64,000 bases of DNA, taken from positions 1-64,000 of the forward strand of contig KZ537961.1 of assembly GCA_000934665.2 (NCBI GenBank), read 5' to 3'. The stretch is from Catajapyx aquilonaris. Its lineage: Eukaryota. This document shows positions 11,803 through 26,167 of the stretch, piece by piece (within the stretch, counting starts at the first letter, position 1; every line of letters begins with the position of its first letter). The notes under the pieces were generated by a model. It was not told the DNA's origin and did not search any database. It saw only the letters and a program-made list of their open reading frames with translations. The translations under genes and the position numbers were made by a program.

Positions 11803-12148
11803 TCCAAGTTTTCCATTTAAAATTTTCAATTTAAAAGTTAGTAGGAGTGGCAGCAGTAGTAGTAGCAGCAGCAGTAGTAGTAGTCCAAGTAAAGTTTACC
11901 TTTTCCATTTAAAATTTTCCATTTAAAAAATCATTCTCCAACTGATCCTTTCCACTTAATTTTTACATATTGTTATGTGCAAATATTAACTACAATATTA
12001 TTACAGTATTAAAATGAAAGTAATTTACGTTTATAAGAATTCCACGATTTTAATATTGGAAAATGCAGTTAAAGTGGCAAATACTGCATATTCTTCTTCT
12101 TCTTCTTCTACTTTCCAAGTTTTCAATTTAAAATTTTCAATTTGATGT

Positions 12149-12213
<65 letters not shown>
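11390..12213. repeat. Fold-back element with (TAC)n/(TAG)n microsatellite modules
   Basis: Inverted arms at ~11390-11575 and ~11880-12092 enclose two modules of (TAC)n - AAGTTTTCCATTTAAAATTTTCAATTT - (TAG)n. A third module lies at 12090-12213. Confidence 0.9.
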
Positions 12214-15200
12214 TAAATGTACAGTATCTTGAAGAAACAAAATCGCAATAAAATTTTCAATTTAGTGTGTTACTGAGCACACGAAGCATCAAATAATGCA
12301 TGACAAGTTTTTATTAAGAGTGTACTTGACGTCAGTAAAAAGTAATATCTGGAGTAATAGCACTCACTTTCTGCTCTTACAGTAATAGCAGGGTTCGAAC
12401 GCAATCATGATCGAATCGAACGGTTGGCGAATAATTAGCAATATGGAAAATAAGAAGGTTTCTCCTCTTTTTTGTTGTTCCTTCCGCCTGATCCACTTTC
12501 CCTTTACCGATACTTCTTAAAGGAAAAAAAAAACGCACCTTTTTATGCAATTGCGCAACTTGCACTTTCAGATTAACAGCCACTTTTTTTTATCATATTA
12601 TCCCAGCTTCCCAGACGGTTTGTTCACACCGTTTCTCTCGGTCAACCCCCAGTTTTTCACGGTCAATTTCGCGGGGGCCTGGCAAGGTCACCTGAGTCGC
12701 AAGGGTAACCTGGCCAATAAAAACGGGCTATAATTGCTGGTCTCATAATAATATATGGATCTTTACGATCCCATTAGGCTGGAAAGTTTCTGGTTGAAAG
12801 CTAACATGGAGTAATGGTGGTTCAAAAAAAGTGACAAATGTTGGCCTCATTTCGCGGGTTTCAAGACCAACAATACCTATACACATTAATGTTACATGAT
12901 GGATTGTAGAACCGCTAATTATACAGTTGGGTCTAATCACTGTAATTTTTACAGTAATTTCTGGGCATGTCGTTTGTCTTTTATTTTTCTGGCACTTACT
13001 GTCAAACTTAAACGGATCGTTAAGTAACGTTCAGTTATATTTTTATGTCATGACACAGTTTCCATATATTTTGGGTGACACTTCCCAACATTTATTTATT
13101 TACTGCATTTATTGAAATTTTAATACATAACATTATGATAAACAAATAAATGTTGGGAAAATATGGACCATATTTTTCACCGAAAATATTTATTAAAATA
13201 TATTAAAATAAATAAATCAATGTTGGCATAGTATGGACCACACTTTTCACCCACAATATTCCTTATAATTGTTTTAAAAAACACCCCATTGGGAGAATCG
13301 TCGCTCCATTAGGGGGGTGGAGTACCACCATTGGATGGGGCCAAGGATAGGTAAAGAAGGAAGCTGCTGTCGCCTATTTATAAAATTTATTCGAATAAGT
13401 TAATTAATTAATTAATTTCTCTTCCAGACAAGCGAAACAAGGTAAGTGAAACTACTCAAAACATTTTAGTTTGTACTTCTAATAGTGAGTTTACTTTTCA
13501 GTTTCACCAAATCAGCACCCAATATTTGACCCGCCCTACCAACACGCCAAACCAGTACCGGTACTGTATAATAACCCACCCACCAACAAATCCACAAATT
13601 TCACCAGTTTGGCACTTATTCCAAGTACCTACAAAAAAAATTACATGGTGAGTGAGGGTGGTGGGTCCAAACCGCCCAATTTGGATGCAAAAGTGGTTAA
13701 GTAGCTCTGGGTCAACTATTCGGGACAAGGGGAAGGAGAGGGCGGGGTTCTGATTCTGCAGATCAGGAATTTGCCCTTCACTCTTACGCAACACAACACA
13801 AACTCCCCATGTAGCCAAAGCAAGCCAGCCAGATTGAAATATAGAGAGCAGTGTGCCTCAGGCATATGTGTTCCACTTGTCTTCTCCTCCAACTCAAACC
13901 ATAAGCCAGAGAAATTAAAGGCGAAAGATTCTTGGCAACCACAAGGATTTGCCAATGTGGAATTGCATTAGTCCACTTTTTGTCTCTTTTTTGTGTCACA
14001 CTATGTGGGGAGTACACATAGTGCTAAAATAGAGCTATGAAATTATGGGACCACGCCTATGCTACTACAGAGTCCAGATTGAAAATTGTGGTCATTTTCA
14101 GCTGACAAGGGGGGGTCATTATGAATTTTCCATGGTCTTTACTGGTACCTGAGAGGTAAAGTAGCGGATGTAGCGTAACCAAGTCACGCAATTTTGGGGG
14201 CTCGTTACATTATTTTAATTGATTCGTTACTGTAAACCCCTACCTACCCTTCTAGAAAATAATAGAAAACGAATAGTTGGTTTTGACACACAAAAAGGGT
14301 GGTACACACGCCATCTATCAGCAACCCACATCAGTAAGTACTTGTCGTCGGACTTTTCTACCCCGCCGTTTCGCCCCCGGACTTTTAGCCCCCAGAATAT
14401 TGGCCCCCGTGACAATTTCTGGGATTATGCCGTGATACATATAATTTTTTTACGTTACCCCGTGATAGGGCCATTTGCCCTTATAGGGGGGTGGAATACC
14501 ACCATTTTTCCTTCAATTTTCTGATTTTTTTCTTCTAACTCCAGTACAAGGATGAAAGGACACGAGGTAAGGATATAGGGATATATATATATATATAATA
14601 ATTATATGGGTGTATGTTAGCAGAAAAAGGACACTTGTTGACACAACCCGACACTTATCTAGCTCCAATTAGTAAAGGATTCACCACTTTTTCCAGTCAT
14701 GCCATCATGCAACCGGCTTAATTACTATGCACATGAAATAGGACACCAGACATAAAAATTTCTCGCCCTCTAAAGGCGACAAATGTGCAAAACAACCAAC
14801 TCCCATTTAATGGCTCAATTTCCAGGTACACCCTTCCTCATATGACCCTGTTTGGATTGGTCTTAATCCATTTACTTTCTCAGTGTCTTCCTCTTCACTT
14901 GTAAAAAATCAAGGTGTGAAATTCACGCCAAGGAATTCAGGAAAATCGTTTTTACGGCCTTGTTCTATAGAATTCTGATTTCAGGAAGCTCCTAAGGAAC
15001 AGGACAAAACATTGTTGGAAGAAAAAAAAATGTTTGGCGATTTCGGGTGTGGTTGTCGATATAACTGTTAATATCCTTTCACTTTTTGGTACCGTAATCG
15101 GGATAATCCGGGGCGGTCTTCTTCCTAGTTTCGTGCACATCTGGAGCAGTAAATCTTCGTTCAATTACCTGCACCAGTTTTGGACAGGTAACAAAAAAAA

Positions 15201-18200
15201 AAGTGTACAGAGTGTGTGAAAATTACATCAGGAAGATATCAAAACCATGCCTAATCCTCAGTTTTTGAATCGTGATTTTTTAAAATAAAGAACCAGTTTG
15301 CATTGTAATTATGGCTGATGCAATGAGCGTATCTCATTGCAATACCTACTGGAATTAATTAACTAGAGTTATTATTTCGCCTTGAAAATATATATGGCTT
15401 GTCAGATAGGCAGCTGTCAGGTGCAAAAAACTGTCCCATATGTCCTTTTGTGGAGACGTGACATATATAGAGATAATAGCACCAGGCAAGTGTCAAGATT
15501 GATGCTGTTCTATCGGACAATAGAGTGGTGTCCAGTTTAAGGTTGCGGGACAATTTGCATGATCGGATGAGCTGGCCTTGTCCGCACGTTTGAACTTGAG
15601 CTGACCTATTGGCTCACTCTCCGGGGGCGACCTCTACCGTAGCGTCCTCGAACCAACACTTTCCCGCCAAAAACTTGAAACCGAAGTGAAATTGGCAAAG
15701 TGAAAGTCAGATTTGGTTTTTTCGCTTGTTTTTTTTTTGTTTTTTTGTTTTACTGGACTTGGGTTACGTAAGAGGCCGTTTGGTGGACTGGGGCCACTTC
15801 TAGGCTCGACGCCAAGGGCGGAGTTTATCTGCTTGCTTTCACTTTTCTTTTCCAGCACAAGCTAATGTTGCTGAAGATTAAGACACTGATAAGTCAGGTG
15901 AAGAAAAATTGTTGTTTCTAATATTCAAAGTTTTGATGGTGGCCATCAGTTGACCACACAAGTTTCCCAGTAAGGTCTAACTAGATCAGATTTATAGTTT
16001 AGGCGTCTGTTGCGACACCAGGGCAAAGTAGAGCATTACTGGGTGTCTCATAACAGGGGGGAGAGGGGGGGGGGGTTGAATTGCGCCTAATGTGGCAACT
16101 ATTGCTCTGTATGGATCAATCGTGACCATTGATCTTATCATCTGTGGAATATTGAGAATTGGAGAAACTTCCTGCCAGTTGCGCCAGTTCATTGGCCAAT
16201 AGTTCATTACGAACTGGTTCATTAATTTTATTCTTGAACTTGTGCAATTTTCTTGTAAGGACACTCTGGAGTACCCTGTAAATACATGTAGGACGCCGGT
16301 TCACTTAATCATATAATTTAAAAGTAATTAAATTTCTGGACGGTTCAGCCCGCCCTCTAGTAGCTGGCAGGGCTTCCCCACCTTAATAAATCACACACCT
16401 GAAAGGACCTTGAGGTATCATCATCTCGTTGACAGTCTTCCAACCACGCTCCCCAGAAGACAATGCGATTCACTTTGGAAGGTTAATTACTCCCCGCCTC
16501 CGTCGGGTTATGAGACGTACATGTATACTCCCATGTGGACAGTACGGCGCCAAACTCATTTATGCAACTTCACCCAGACACACCTGGATATTGCTATTGT
16601 GCAGGTAAAAGGCGGAAAATATACTAATGTTTTTTTCCCCCTTATGTACGTTCCCTTGATCCCAATCTGTTACGTACGGTGTAACGCACGCTGTTGATAA
16701 TGGGAAATGAATATGCACACTTTCTCTTAGGTTATGAATTTTAATATGCTCGTGTAAGTTAATTTTGTGGAAAATTATGGAAGATTTGATCGCAGTTTTA
16801 ATTTACTTTGCAAAAACGTGTGTACATTATCATTGTAATTTTACGGTCTAGATGTTGCCACCAGATGGCTCACTAACACTGCTGCCATCTGGAGCGATTG
16901 CCACAATATTTCATAATCATTCCAACATGATGAAAAATTAAGTGTAATAAACAAATTAAATCTGTCAATTGCCCATGCTTAAAAGTGACAATGATAAAAC
17001 CTCTAGGGTCGGTGATTGAACCCCTAGATGACCTTCCACCGATAGTCAGCACCGATATGGTGATCTATCACGTCGAAAACTTGGAACTATTGGGGCAAAG
17101 GCAAACCAGTCATTGTCCGGGTGAGTGGTGCTAGAGAACGTAACAGGGTGGGTTCTACACTCTCTGGAAACGCCCAAGTAGACGCCCCATATCGAAAAAA
17201 ACCACATACACCCAAGAAAGACTTTGAAAAAAAATATATAAATCTGATTGTACCAGAATGTATGGGAGAGTGGAACAGGAAAAAAAAAAAACGACCTTCA
17301 GAAGGTTGTTCTGGTTTTGGTTGAGTAAGACACAGGTGAATGTGTCGGGGGAACTTCCTTAACACTTACTTTCACATGGAAAAAGTGTCGCCTACACACG
17401 ATGGTATAGACATCAATACGACCATTTTTATTTAAGCACATGTTGCACAATTGGATATCAGATGTCACTATAAATGTCGCGGCAAAACATATGTAAAGAA
17501 GGGCGGTCACGAAAGATGTTGAAGATAATGGTTTTATGGGAGACAAGTTGTAAACCTGTGTGAGAAGTACAAGGCGAGTCACAATTAATTAGAAAATTTC
17601 AGCCAATATTGGACTTAAATATTGAGTAACAAAGAGTCGAAATGATTTCATATGGTATTCATAGTGTGAAAATATTTTTCTTCGGTACTCACCTATTATG
17701 CTGTGTAATAATTACATAGAGAAAGTACCTCCCTATTATTTATATTTAAAAAAAAATATTGGATACCAAACTTCCGCAACACGTTTCTAATTATTAAACT
17801 GCTCATCAACAATCACGATTCCGCCCAATTTCCAATTTTCGCCGCTTTTAAAAACCCCGATAATAATCATCCATCCATTCATTCATACCCTTGCCCAGTG
17901 GGCAAGGTTTGGCAACTTCATTGTCAGACAACTGATACTTTTTTTCCGCTTAAGCAATAGCGTCCTTGAAGCGTTACGCATTCAACCTCTTCAATTCTCA
18001 AATTAAACGGTTGTGATTTTTCGCACAAAGGTCAAGCCATTAATAGGCTTGCAAAAAAAATAAATGTGGTGACCACAAAGGTATATGATCACGAAATAGA
18101 CACCGCCCAGTTTTCCTTCGCTAAAAACCACAATGGTTAAAGATGGTAGTTTTTTTAAAGTTCAAGGCGGTTTTATATACCAAAACAAGGCCGTTTTTAT

Positions 18201-19433
18201 AAAAGCCCAATTATCGCCTTATCACTATTCAGATTTGGATATTTTTTTTAACGTGCCAAGGACTTTTTGCTCATTTTTTATACAATTCCCACGACAGTCA
18301 TCCGGATAAGTTGACATCAAACCATGCCAAATTCTTCTGCAACCATAGGTTATGGCCAGCTGAAATTGCATTCAAAAAAAAGGGCAAGAAAATATTTATG
18401 GCTCCATGTAATTAATTGACTCCAGCCAGTTATACTCTACGTGACCACCATTGTAAAACAAAGCTAGAATGACCGGATTACAAATCGGTCAAAATCTTTG
18501 AATTGCACTCAATTGCAATTTAAAATCGATCTTTACGATTGGTCAACAATGAATCAGGAGGTGACATGATCTCATCTAATTGCAACAGTTTGCATTAATT
18601 TCACTTTCTTTCGCTTGTGTTTACAAGGCTACTCCCCTTTTTTGTCCTATTCAAATAAAAGGGGGCCTCCGCCATAAAACCGGAAAAAGGCCTGGTACGA
18701 CATCACGACAATAAAGCGAAAATGGATGGCCTGAAAACCCTTTCACTTGGATCTCAATACCTTCGATGGGTAATTTACAACCTGACCACAAAAAAAAGGG
18801 AACAATTCCCAGCAATTTTGGCACAAACTTATTGTTCTGGATCCAACACAATACTTGGCACCATTACCAGGAAGCAACCTTGCTGGTGTCAAAACTAAAG
18901 ACATTCCCAAATAGATGTTCCTGTCATCTTCCCACCCACAAGGAAGTTTAATAACTGGGTCAATGAAACAAAATTGCTGACAGGTCGATTAGACACCACC
19001 AGTACAATTTGTCAACTGTTGCACCACTTGCTACAGCCTCTGGTGCTGCACCAACAGCAACCTCCGTCCTTGCCCTCTCTTAGGCAGCAACAACCATCCC
19101 CCCCTCCTTGTTTCCTTTCGCCGAATTGAGGCGTGGGCCTATAGCCATCCAAAAGGTGTTCCAGAAACTCAGCCAGAGACCCCAGCAGGTACCAGCAGGT
19201 GTAGACTCCACCCCCAAGAGCCGCTGGATGGATGGAGAGACCTCCGAATCGAGGAGGAGGGAATCGCCTTCTGGGTCAGCAGTGACCTGGCCACTTTCAC
19301 TACGCCCTCTGGCCAACCCAGGGGGTAAGAACTATGGAAAGGATAGGGAGACTCCACTTGAAAAAAAAAAAGAAAAAGGACAGGCCTTGGAATTGGAGCA
19401 GCAGCTCCCCATACGCCTATCGTCCTCCCCTGG

Positions 19434-19468
19434 TATAAATAGCGGAACACGTGCAGTGACCACCAGTT
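19434..19468 (+). promoter_or_regulatory. TATA box + Inr-like core promoter of cuticular protein B
   Basis: TATAAAT at 19434-19440 and CCAGTT at 19463-19468 (the A is 31 nt after the TATA start), ~50 nt before the ATG. Confidence 0.7.
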
Positions 19469-19517
19469 GCAAAGTGCACCTTGGGGATAGTAACTCAGGC
19501 TCAACCTCATAGTCACC

Positions 19518-20327
19518 ATGTACAAGGTGTGTGGAGAAAACAGTGCAGTGGAACAGTGTGCCGTAGTGAAATCAGTGTGTTTCTGACTCGGGCCCATTTG
19601 TACCTTGCAGCTTGTTTGTCTGGCGGTCCTGGTGGCCGTGGCCAATGCCGGTGTGGTGCCGTCCCCAGCCTACAGCTACGGAGGACCTGTCAGAGCTGTG
19701 GCCGGACCAGCGTACGCGGCGCCTGCATATGCCGCTGCCCCTGCATTCGCCCATGCCCCAGCCTACGCAGGACACGGATTCGCAGGACACGGATACGCAG
19801 CACCCGCCTTCCGTGCCGCACCAGTGGCCAGGGTGGCCGCTCCTCTCGCCTACGCTGCACCAGTGGCCAAGGTGGCCGCTCCCGCTTTCGCCTACGCCGC
19901 CCCCGCCGTGGCCAAGGTGGCCGTCCCTGAGGAGTACGACCCTCATCCCCAGTACAGCTACTCATACTCCGTTGCTGATGGCCTGACCGGCGACTCCAAG
20001 GGACACACCGAGTCTCGTGACGGCGATGTTGTCCAGGGCCAGTACACCGTTGCCGACCCCGACGGCACCATCCGTACTGTCTCCTACACCGCCGACCCCA
20101 TCCACGGATTCAACGCCGTCATCGACCGCCAGGCAGCCGTGGCCAAGGTGGCCGCCCCCGTCGCCGTCGCTAAGGTGGCCGCCCCTGTCGCATACGCCGC
20201 CCCCGCCTTCCACGCCGCCCCAGCCGTCGCCAAGGTTGGCTTCGCTGGCCCAGCCTACGGTGCCTACGGTGGCTATGGCCATGGCTACGGTGCCATCGGC
20301 CACGGCCATGCCTTCAAGGCCTACTAA
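19518..20327 (+). CDS. Cuticular protein, RR-2 chitin-binding family (paralog B), 241 aa
   Basis: Exon 1 19518-19526 (MYK|gtgtgt), intron 19527-19610 (..ttgcag), exon 2 19611-20327. Signal peptide, AAPA/AAPV repeats, RR-2 domain, GYG-rich tail; AATAAA at ~20516. Confidence 0.95.
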
Positions 20328-23300
20328 ACAACCCACCCTCTCAGAGTTATCGAGTCCTGATCCCAACTATCCCCCAACAAGTCCAGCCAAATCCCCCCTT
20401 GAATCTCCCTATTGTTGCGTTGCCATAATTTTCCCGTTTGAAATTCTACATCAAATGAGATTATTATAGCTCCATGTAGTTGTTATTTATTTCTACTACG
20501 CTTTTGTTGGTGTGCAATAAAATGCATTAGAGCTTGATAAAACACAATCTGGTTTCTTTCCATGCTTTTCTATCCACACAGCTTATGATGATGATACAGG
20601 CCACACCCAGGATGAATTGTCAGAGAAAATATAATTATGCGAGTGCTACTTGGCTATGTTGTCGGTGATGACTGCACAGCTTGGTAACTGAACATGTTCC
20701 AAAATTTCGTTAAATATGATCCAACATTAATTCATAAAATGAACACTCTCATGGTCCTAATGTGAAAATGGCTACTAGCCTACTGAAAAGAACATATGTA
20801 ATCAGCATGTCCAAAATGGCATTCCATTTGCATAAAATAATAATAATAATTTATTACTATAGTATACAACATTAGCATGGCATATTTTATGCTAATGCCA
20901 TATTTTATGTGGGAAAGAGCTGACCTTTACAGGTGCCCCCATAGTACTTGCATCATGTACTATACTAATGAGTGTATTTACAGCAGCTTAAAATGATTTC
21001 ATACAACCCATCAAGGCACGCAATTAGGAAAAATACTCCACTAGAAACCGAACAGAAAGTAAACATTCACACGCACGTATATTTGCCAACTTTTAATCCA
21101 GTCATCAGAGCCCGACAAGCCTTCAGAAAAACTAGTATTCTAGTGCTCTCAAATTTCTCTGGTCGTGCACATTCTGTGCATTTAGTGCAGGTATAGTGCA
21201 CAGTGTTTCGACAGCCCAAACCAACAGGCCTGCTGTGGAGATGTCAACCTTTAAAGAGAAACGGCTCGTTAGTGGTTCGTGGCTTATTCCCCAGTTGAAA
21301 TCTGGTCCGAACGACATTTCATCTGGACGTTGCAGTCAAACTGGTCCTGCGCAGAATCATATCCATTGAAGAAAGCAAATTGGAGTAGTTTCAAGGCGAA
21401 ATCCAGCTTTCTCCTTGACCATGGCTATTGCTATAGTCACAAAATTGTTCAATAACCACCATCCGGATTGAAAAACCTGGCCTTCAACACCGGATGGAAC
21501 CCTAATAAGGCGGGGGTGGGGTCAAAAGCCGGTACTAATGAATATCCTGACCTTGTTCATATGTCGCCAGAAGCATACACGGAACTAGCTCGCCTTCTGC
21601 AACTATCTAAGAATTAAACTTTTTTTGTGTGTGTTTGGTGATCAGCGTAATGATGCCCAGATTACAAAAGGCGCTCAAGAAATGTCTCACGATGGCACAA
21701 ATCAAATGGTGTGGAAGGTCAGAAGGAAGCGATATTAGCCAAGACCTTTTCTGACATGTCCTTTAGAGGGGGAGACCCCACACTTTGTTACATGAAAGGG
21801 TTGCGTCATGGCAACAATTTGGTTGAAATTTCTTACTCACGACCAAAAAACTTTTTAAGGCATATTTCATCCTTCTTCTTCCGTGAAAGGCAAAAGGTTA
21901 TTGCAAACTATTTCCATTTGGATGAAACCACCACACATCGGGTTAGCACCGCTCGTGAGATACGTGATTATGGGCAACAAAAGATGGCAACGATCGTGAT
22001 GTTGGTCGACCTTAGGCTCAGAATGTGTGGAATGTGGTCCTCAGCTACCCAGGAAGTTAATTAAGCACTTAATGGGGACTATCGTACATCATATAGGTAT
22101 GACTGATGGCTACCGTGCAATGTACTCTCCTGTCATTAGTTTTTCCGTGATTTGAGGATCCCCCATACTTATCAAGGTCGTGGTGCAAAAGCGAAAGCAA
22201 GGTGAGGTTAGTTGAAAGGGAAAGGAATAAGGTGCCCACGCAATGTCTGCTATTACCTATATAGGGTTCAAGATGTCAATATGTGGCGTCTGTTGGAGGT
22301 GACAAGCCAAACTTCACAGGGGGTGGGCATCAGTTGAAATAATACGAAAGTGCTCTTTAAAAAAAATTTAATGGAAAGTGTTAAAATATATAAAATAACG
22401 GTTAAAGTCACACACCCACCCGGAAATTTCCGATACGTGTGTCGGATATAATAAGCCAACACACGTAAATGGGAGTGACATACCAGTACCGGTAATAAAC
22501 TTGAAGGATAAAAAACTCTTACTTTTCTTAGAATTGACAGGTAACTGCTCGTTCTGCATGGAATTGCCCAGCTTTTATTATTACTGTATACTTACAAGAC
22601 ATAGGGAAACTTGATGTCTTTTTTTGTAACCGGATATTACGGTTCTTTGGACATTTGGAGGCAACTCCCATTTATATGCAGAAATTTTAGTAACATCCTA
22701 GAAAAATTTAGCTTCTAACCCTCCTTTCCCAAGTTCTTGAACCCCATGGCACGAGTCCCGATTTATGAGCCACGGACTTGTAGGTGCAATTTCAGGTGGC
22801 GTATACATTTTTTGTACCACGCCTCCATGCATGCTTCACACGTCTAGCATAAACGCCATGGATTCAACTTAAAGCTCATTACTTGCGTATATATTTTTTT
22901 CTGGGGAAGGACATGTCCTTCGTGGTCATAACGGGATTCAGATGAAACAACAACGTGCAAAAAGAGGTTGCGACTTCCCAACTTTCGCTTGAAACTCGCA
23001 TGAATAAGCAAACGATGTACTACTGGAGTTTCCGGGGTCATGTCGCAATAGATGCAACGATGCTCCCTGCAGTGTTCTCAGACTCCAAAACGGTACTTGT
23101 CCTCAAATTCAAATTTCTAAAAATTCGCATGTGCTACTATAGTGCGTGCAAATGACTCCAATAAACCAGTTCACCCACAATCAACACAACAGCCCTACTT
23201 TTTCTTCTAAACTGCTGCGAGTCTTTTTCATTATCACACTTTATTGTCTTGCCTCCCTAAACCCTACTTGACATCAAATAGCAACATGGCTTTAAAAAGT

Positions 23301-26167
23301 AAAAGTGGACAAAGTGGTAAGACACCGCCAATGAGAGAGGGCAAAAAGGGAGCAACTACGTGCGAAATTTTTAAGACGAAGGCCTTGAGATGCATCCATT
23401 CTGGTTGTCTTGAACGAACAATTTACGGCCAAGTCCTGGTATGACCGGATCAATTAGCAACGTTTTTTAACCATACCGGGCCTCGGTGTGCCTTAACATC
23501 CCATGCGAAACAGGGTGTGTCCGAAGCGGTTCTATCGCCATAAAACATGCGCGATAACAAAAGGGGCGAGATTATGATAACTAATTGCATCATAGTGACC
23601 CGGATCAAATGGGAGCACTGTGGGAGTAAATAGTTTCTTCATCTACAATTTTCTGAAGACTATGAATCATCACTATGAAGTAAAATCTATCTTACCTTCA
23701 GGGTATTGCATGGTGGCGGGTGGTAATGAAGATGTTAAGAAACTCAGCATGATGGATGTTGGTGAAGACATCGTGGGGCGCACGTAAGCCAAGTCAAATG
23801 ATGATAAATGCTTTTATAACTGCCACTCTGTGCACTGAAAATCAAAGAAGAGTCTAAGGTTAAAGCCTGGGAGGTATAATTATAACAACCCTTCCTAAAC
23901 TAGTTGAAACCATAGAAAGCGCGTCCTGATGACATCAATAACATTTGCAACAGGAAGACACCCACAACGACCCCACCCAGTGTGTGTACAACATGTACTT
24001 GTATAACCTCAGGCTATAAAGACTAACAAGAATGACTCTTCTTTCAAGTTCCGCATTGCTCCAGAACCAGATGACGTTGTTTTAATGCCTGCCATTAGAC
24101 ACGATGGCCTTTTCCACGGTACCATATTACTTTTTTTTTACCACTCTTCCTGCCTACTTTTTTCTGTAATTCGTTCGTGATTGGAGTGCTTTCACTAATT
24201 TCCAGACACCTCATTGCCATCGGAATGCTAGCTTGATTTGTAAGCTTCAATTACCAGTAATTGCTTCTAAGGAGATATTGCAGTATCATTCTTGTAAATG
24301 GTCCTGGAACACCCGGTACCTTCCAAAAATGTCCAGCTGAATCATGTTGAAAACACGGAACTTGCACATATAATGACCTCGAGGTATATGTGCGCGACCT
24401 TTTTCGTGACGCAAATAAGGCCACCACCCACTATATTATAGTGACGCAACATTTCGATAACAATAGGCGACAAGGGGGGGTTCAACATGATGTCACCAAC
24501 CATCCGAAAAATTTCAAACGATAAATCACCCCTGGGCCAATTTTTTCGTCTATCCATCCGACTTGAAAACACCTGCCATTTGCATGTCATTAGCGACAAA
24601 AGTACACGTAAGTGGAACGAAAGGGTTTGTGTAGTTAGGGGGCGGAAGACGGTCAAGGCCCCCTTATTCTTTTTGTACAGTTCACTTTGATCCTTCCTTT
24701 AGTAAAAGAGCTTCGGCATCTTGTACGGCATGTTCCAGACAACAACTGGCTCCGACCCAATGGGTTCAGGGTAAGGTTCTTGTTCAACATGCGCCCGCCC
24801 AAAAAGTGACAAAAAAAAAGTAGGTTTCCAGACAACAGGTTTGTGTTGGGGGCACTGACTTGACGCACGATTATGACGTGACGCACGATGTGTCTAAATA
24901 AGCCTACACGTGGGTGGGACTGACGCCCTCAGGGGTTACCAGATCAGAAGGTGACGCTCCAGGGTGACCAGATCCAGCTACTGCACGACACACGACCGGT
25001 CCACACTAGTGATCCTGTACATTTGGACCAGTCTGGTGAGGTACGGATGCCTTGACCCAAAGGATGTCACGGAAGATGACTCGTCACTCAAGATTGCATC
25101 ATGCACGTTTGTTCCTTTAAAGAAAATGAGCTTGTTTAGATCCTATCTTTATGGTGACATGTTAATTCTAGTGGTCTTATCAGCAATATCGATTCTGTCT
25201 ACATTACTCACTGACTGATTGCGAAAAGGTTGTACTGTCTACTGTGTACCTGAGTATCATGCATTATAACTGTAAGATGCTTCTGTCATAAATGCTTCTT
25301 CACGTGCATAAAAGTGCAGGAAAATTTTCGCTGTCGTGTGATGCTACATAGCTTTCTTATCAGCCTTCCGTCGCCGATACGGTTTCTTTATCTTCAGACA
25401 CTTTCTTTGTTCTTCACGCCGTATCCACCACCCATCATCATCATAATTTTTAAGATGACCCAGACAGCGTCCGGTTTCTTACAACCTATGCAATCTGGTC
25501 ACCGTGGGTCTCATGCTAAATATATTAATAATATAATAGTATATTATTAAAATTACGTGGCGGTTCCGGAGGGCAGCTTGCTAATTAATTTTGCCAGGAC
25601 TAATAGTGTGGGTGAAAGTCACAGTTCCGTAAACGGTTCCGAGTGTAATAATGGAGGAAGGATATGCACTAACTCAAAATTGGGACAAAATGAGACAAAT
25701 TATTGTGGCTTTCTCTCTAGTTATGTCGTTAGACATAATGCGGAAATACAATCAACTGGAGTTGACAAATTATTCTTAAAAAAATGTTTCATCCTCTGTA
25801 AGTCATACTGCAGTATTTATAATGCTTTTTGTAAGTTGGTAAGGCACACTTCCCACTCTCTGGGAACATCCCACATTCATATACCTATTTCCAGCACGAT
25901 GAGCATGTCAAAAAGAGAAAACCGCAGCGCAACTACTGCCCTCTTAATGCTCCGTTGATTCATATAAAACAGGAGCATTCCCTGTTTTGGTGTCATTTTG
26001 TTTCAAAAAGACTGACAGTCAAGTGTGTGTCTCGAATACACGGGAGGAAGCATGATGTTGGATACAGTGTTGTGCAGTGGGGCTGTACCGGCTGGAGACA
26101 CCGGTGACAAAGTGGTGGAGAACGGATAGTGTGTTACCAGCAATGTGACCAGCCACACCCAATCACT

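Noticed and set aside
11568..11926. Poly-Tyr/Ser/Thr ORFs
   Set aside because: They are translations of (TAC)n/(TAG)n microsatellites with non-ATG starts.
19481..20469. Many overlapping alternative-frame and antisense ORFs over the cuticle genes (also 7937-8668 and 26315-27146)
   Set aside because: Shadow ORFs caused by GC-rich repetitive codon usage.
21650..22100. Weak reverse-transcriptase-like phrase LRHISSFF.ERQKV
   Set aside because: A single short motif with no supporting RT motifs in order.
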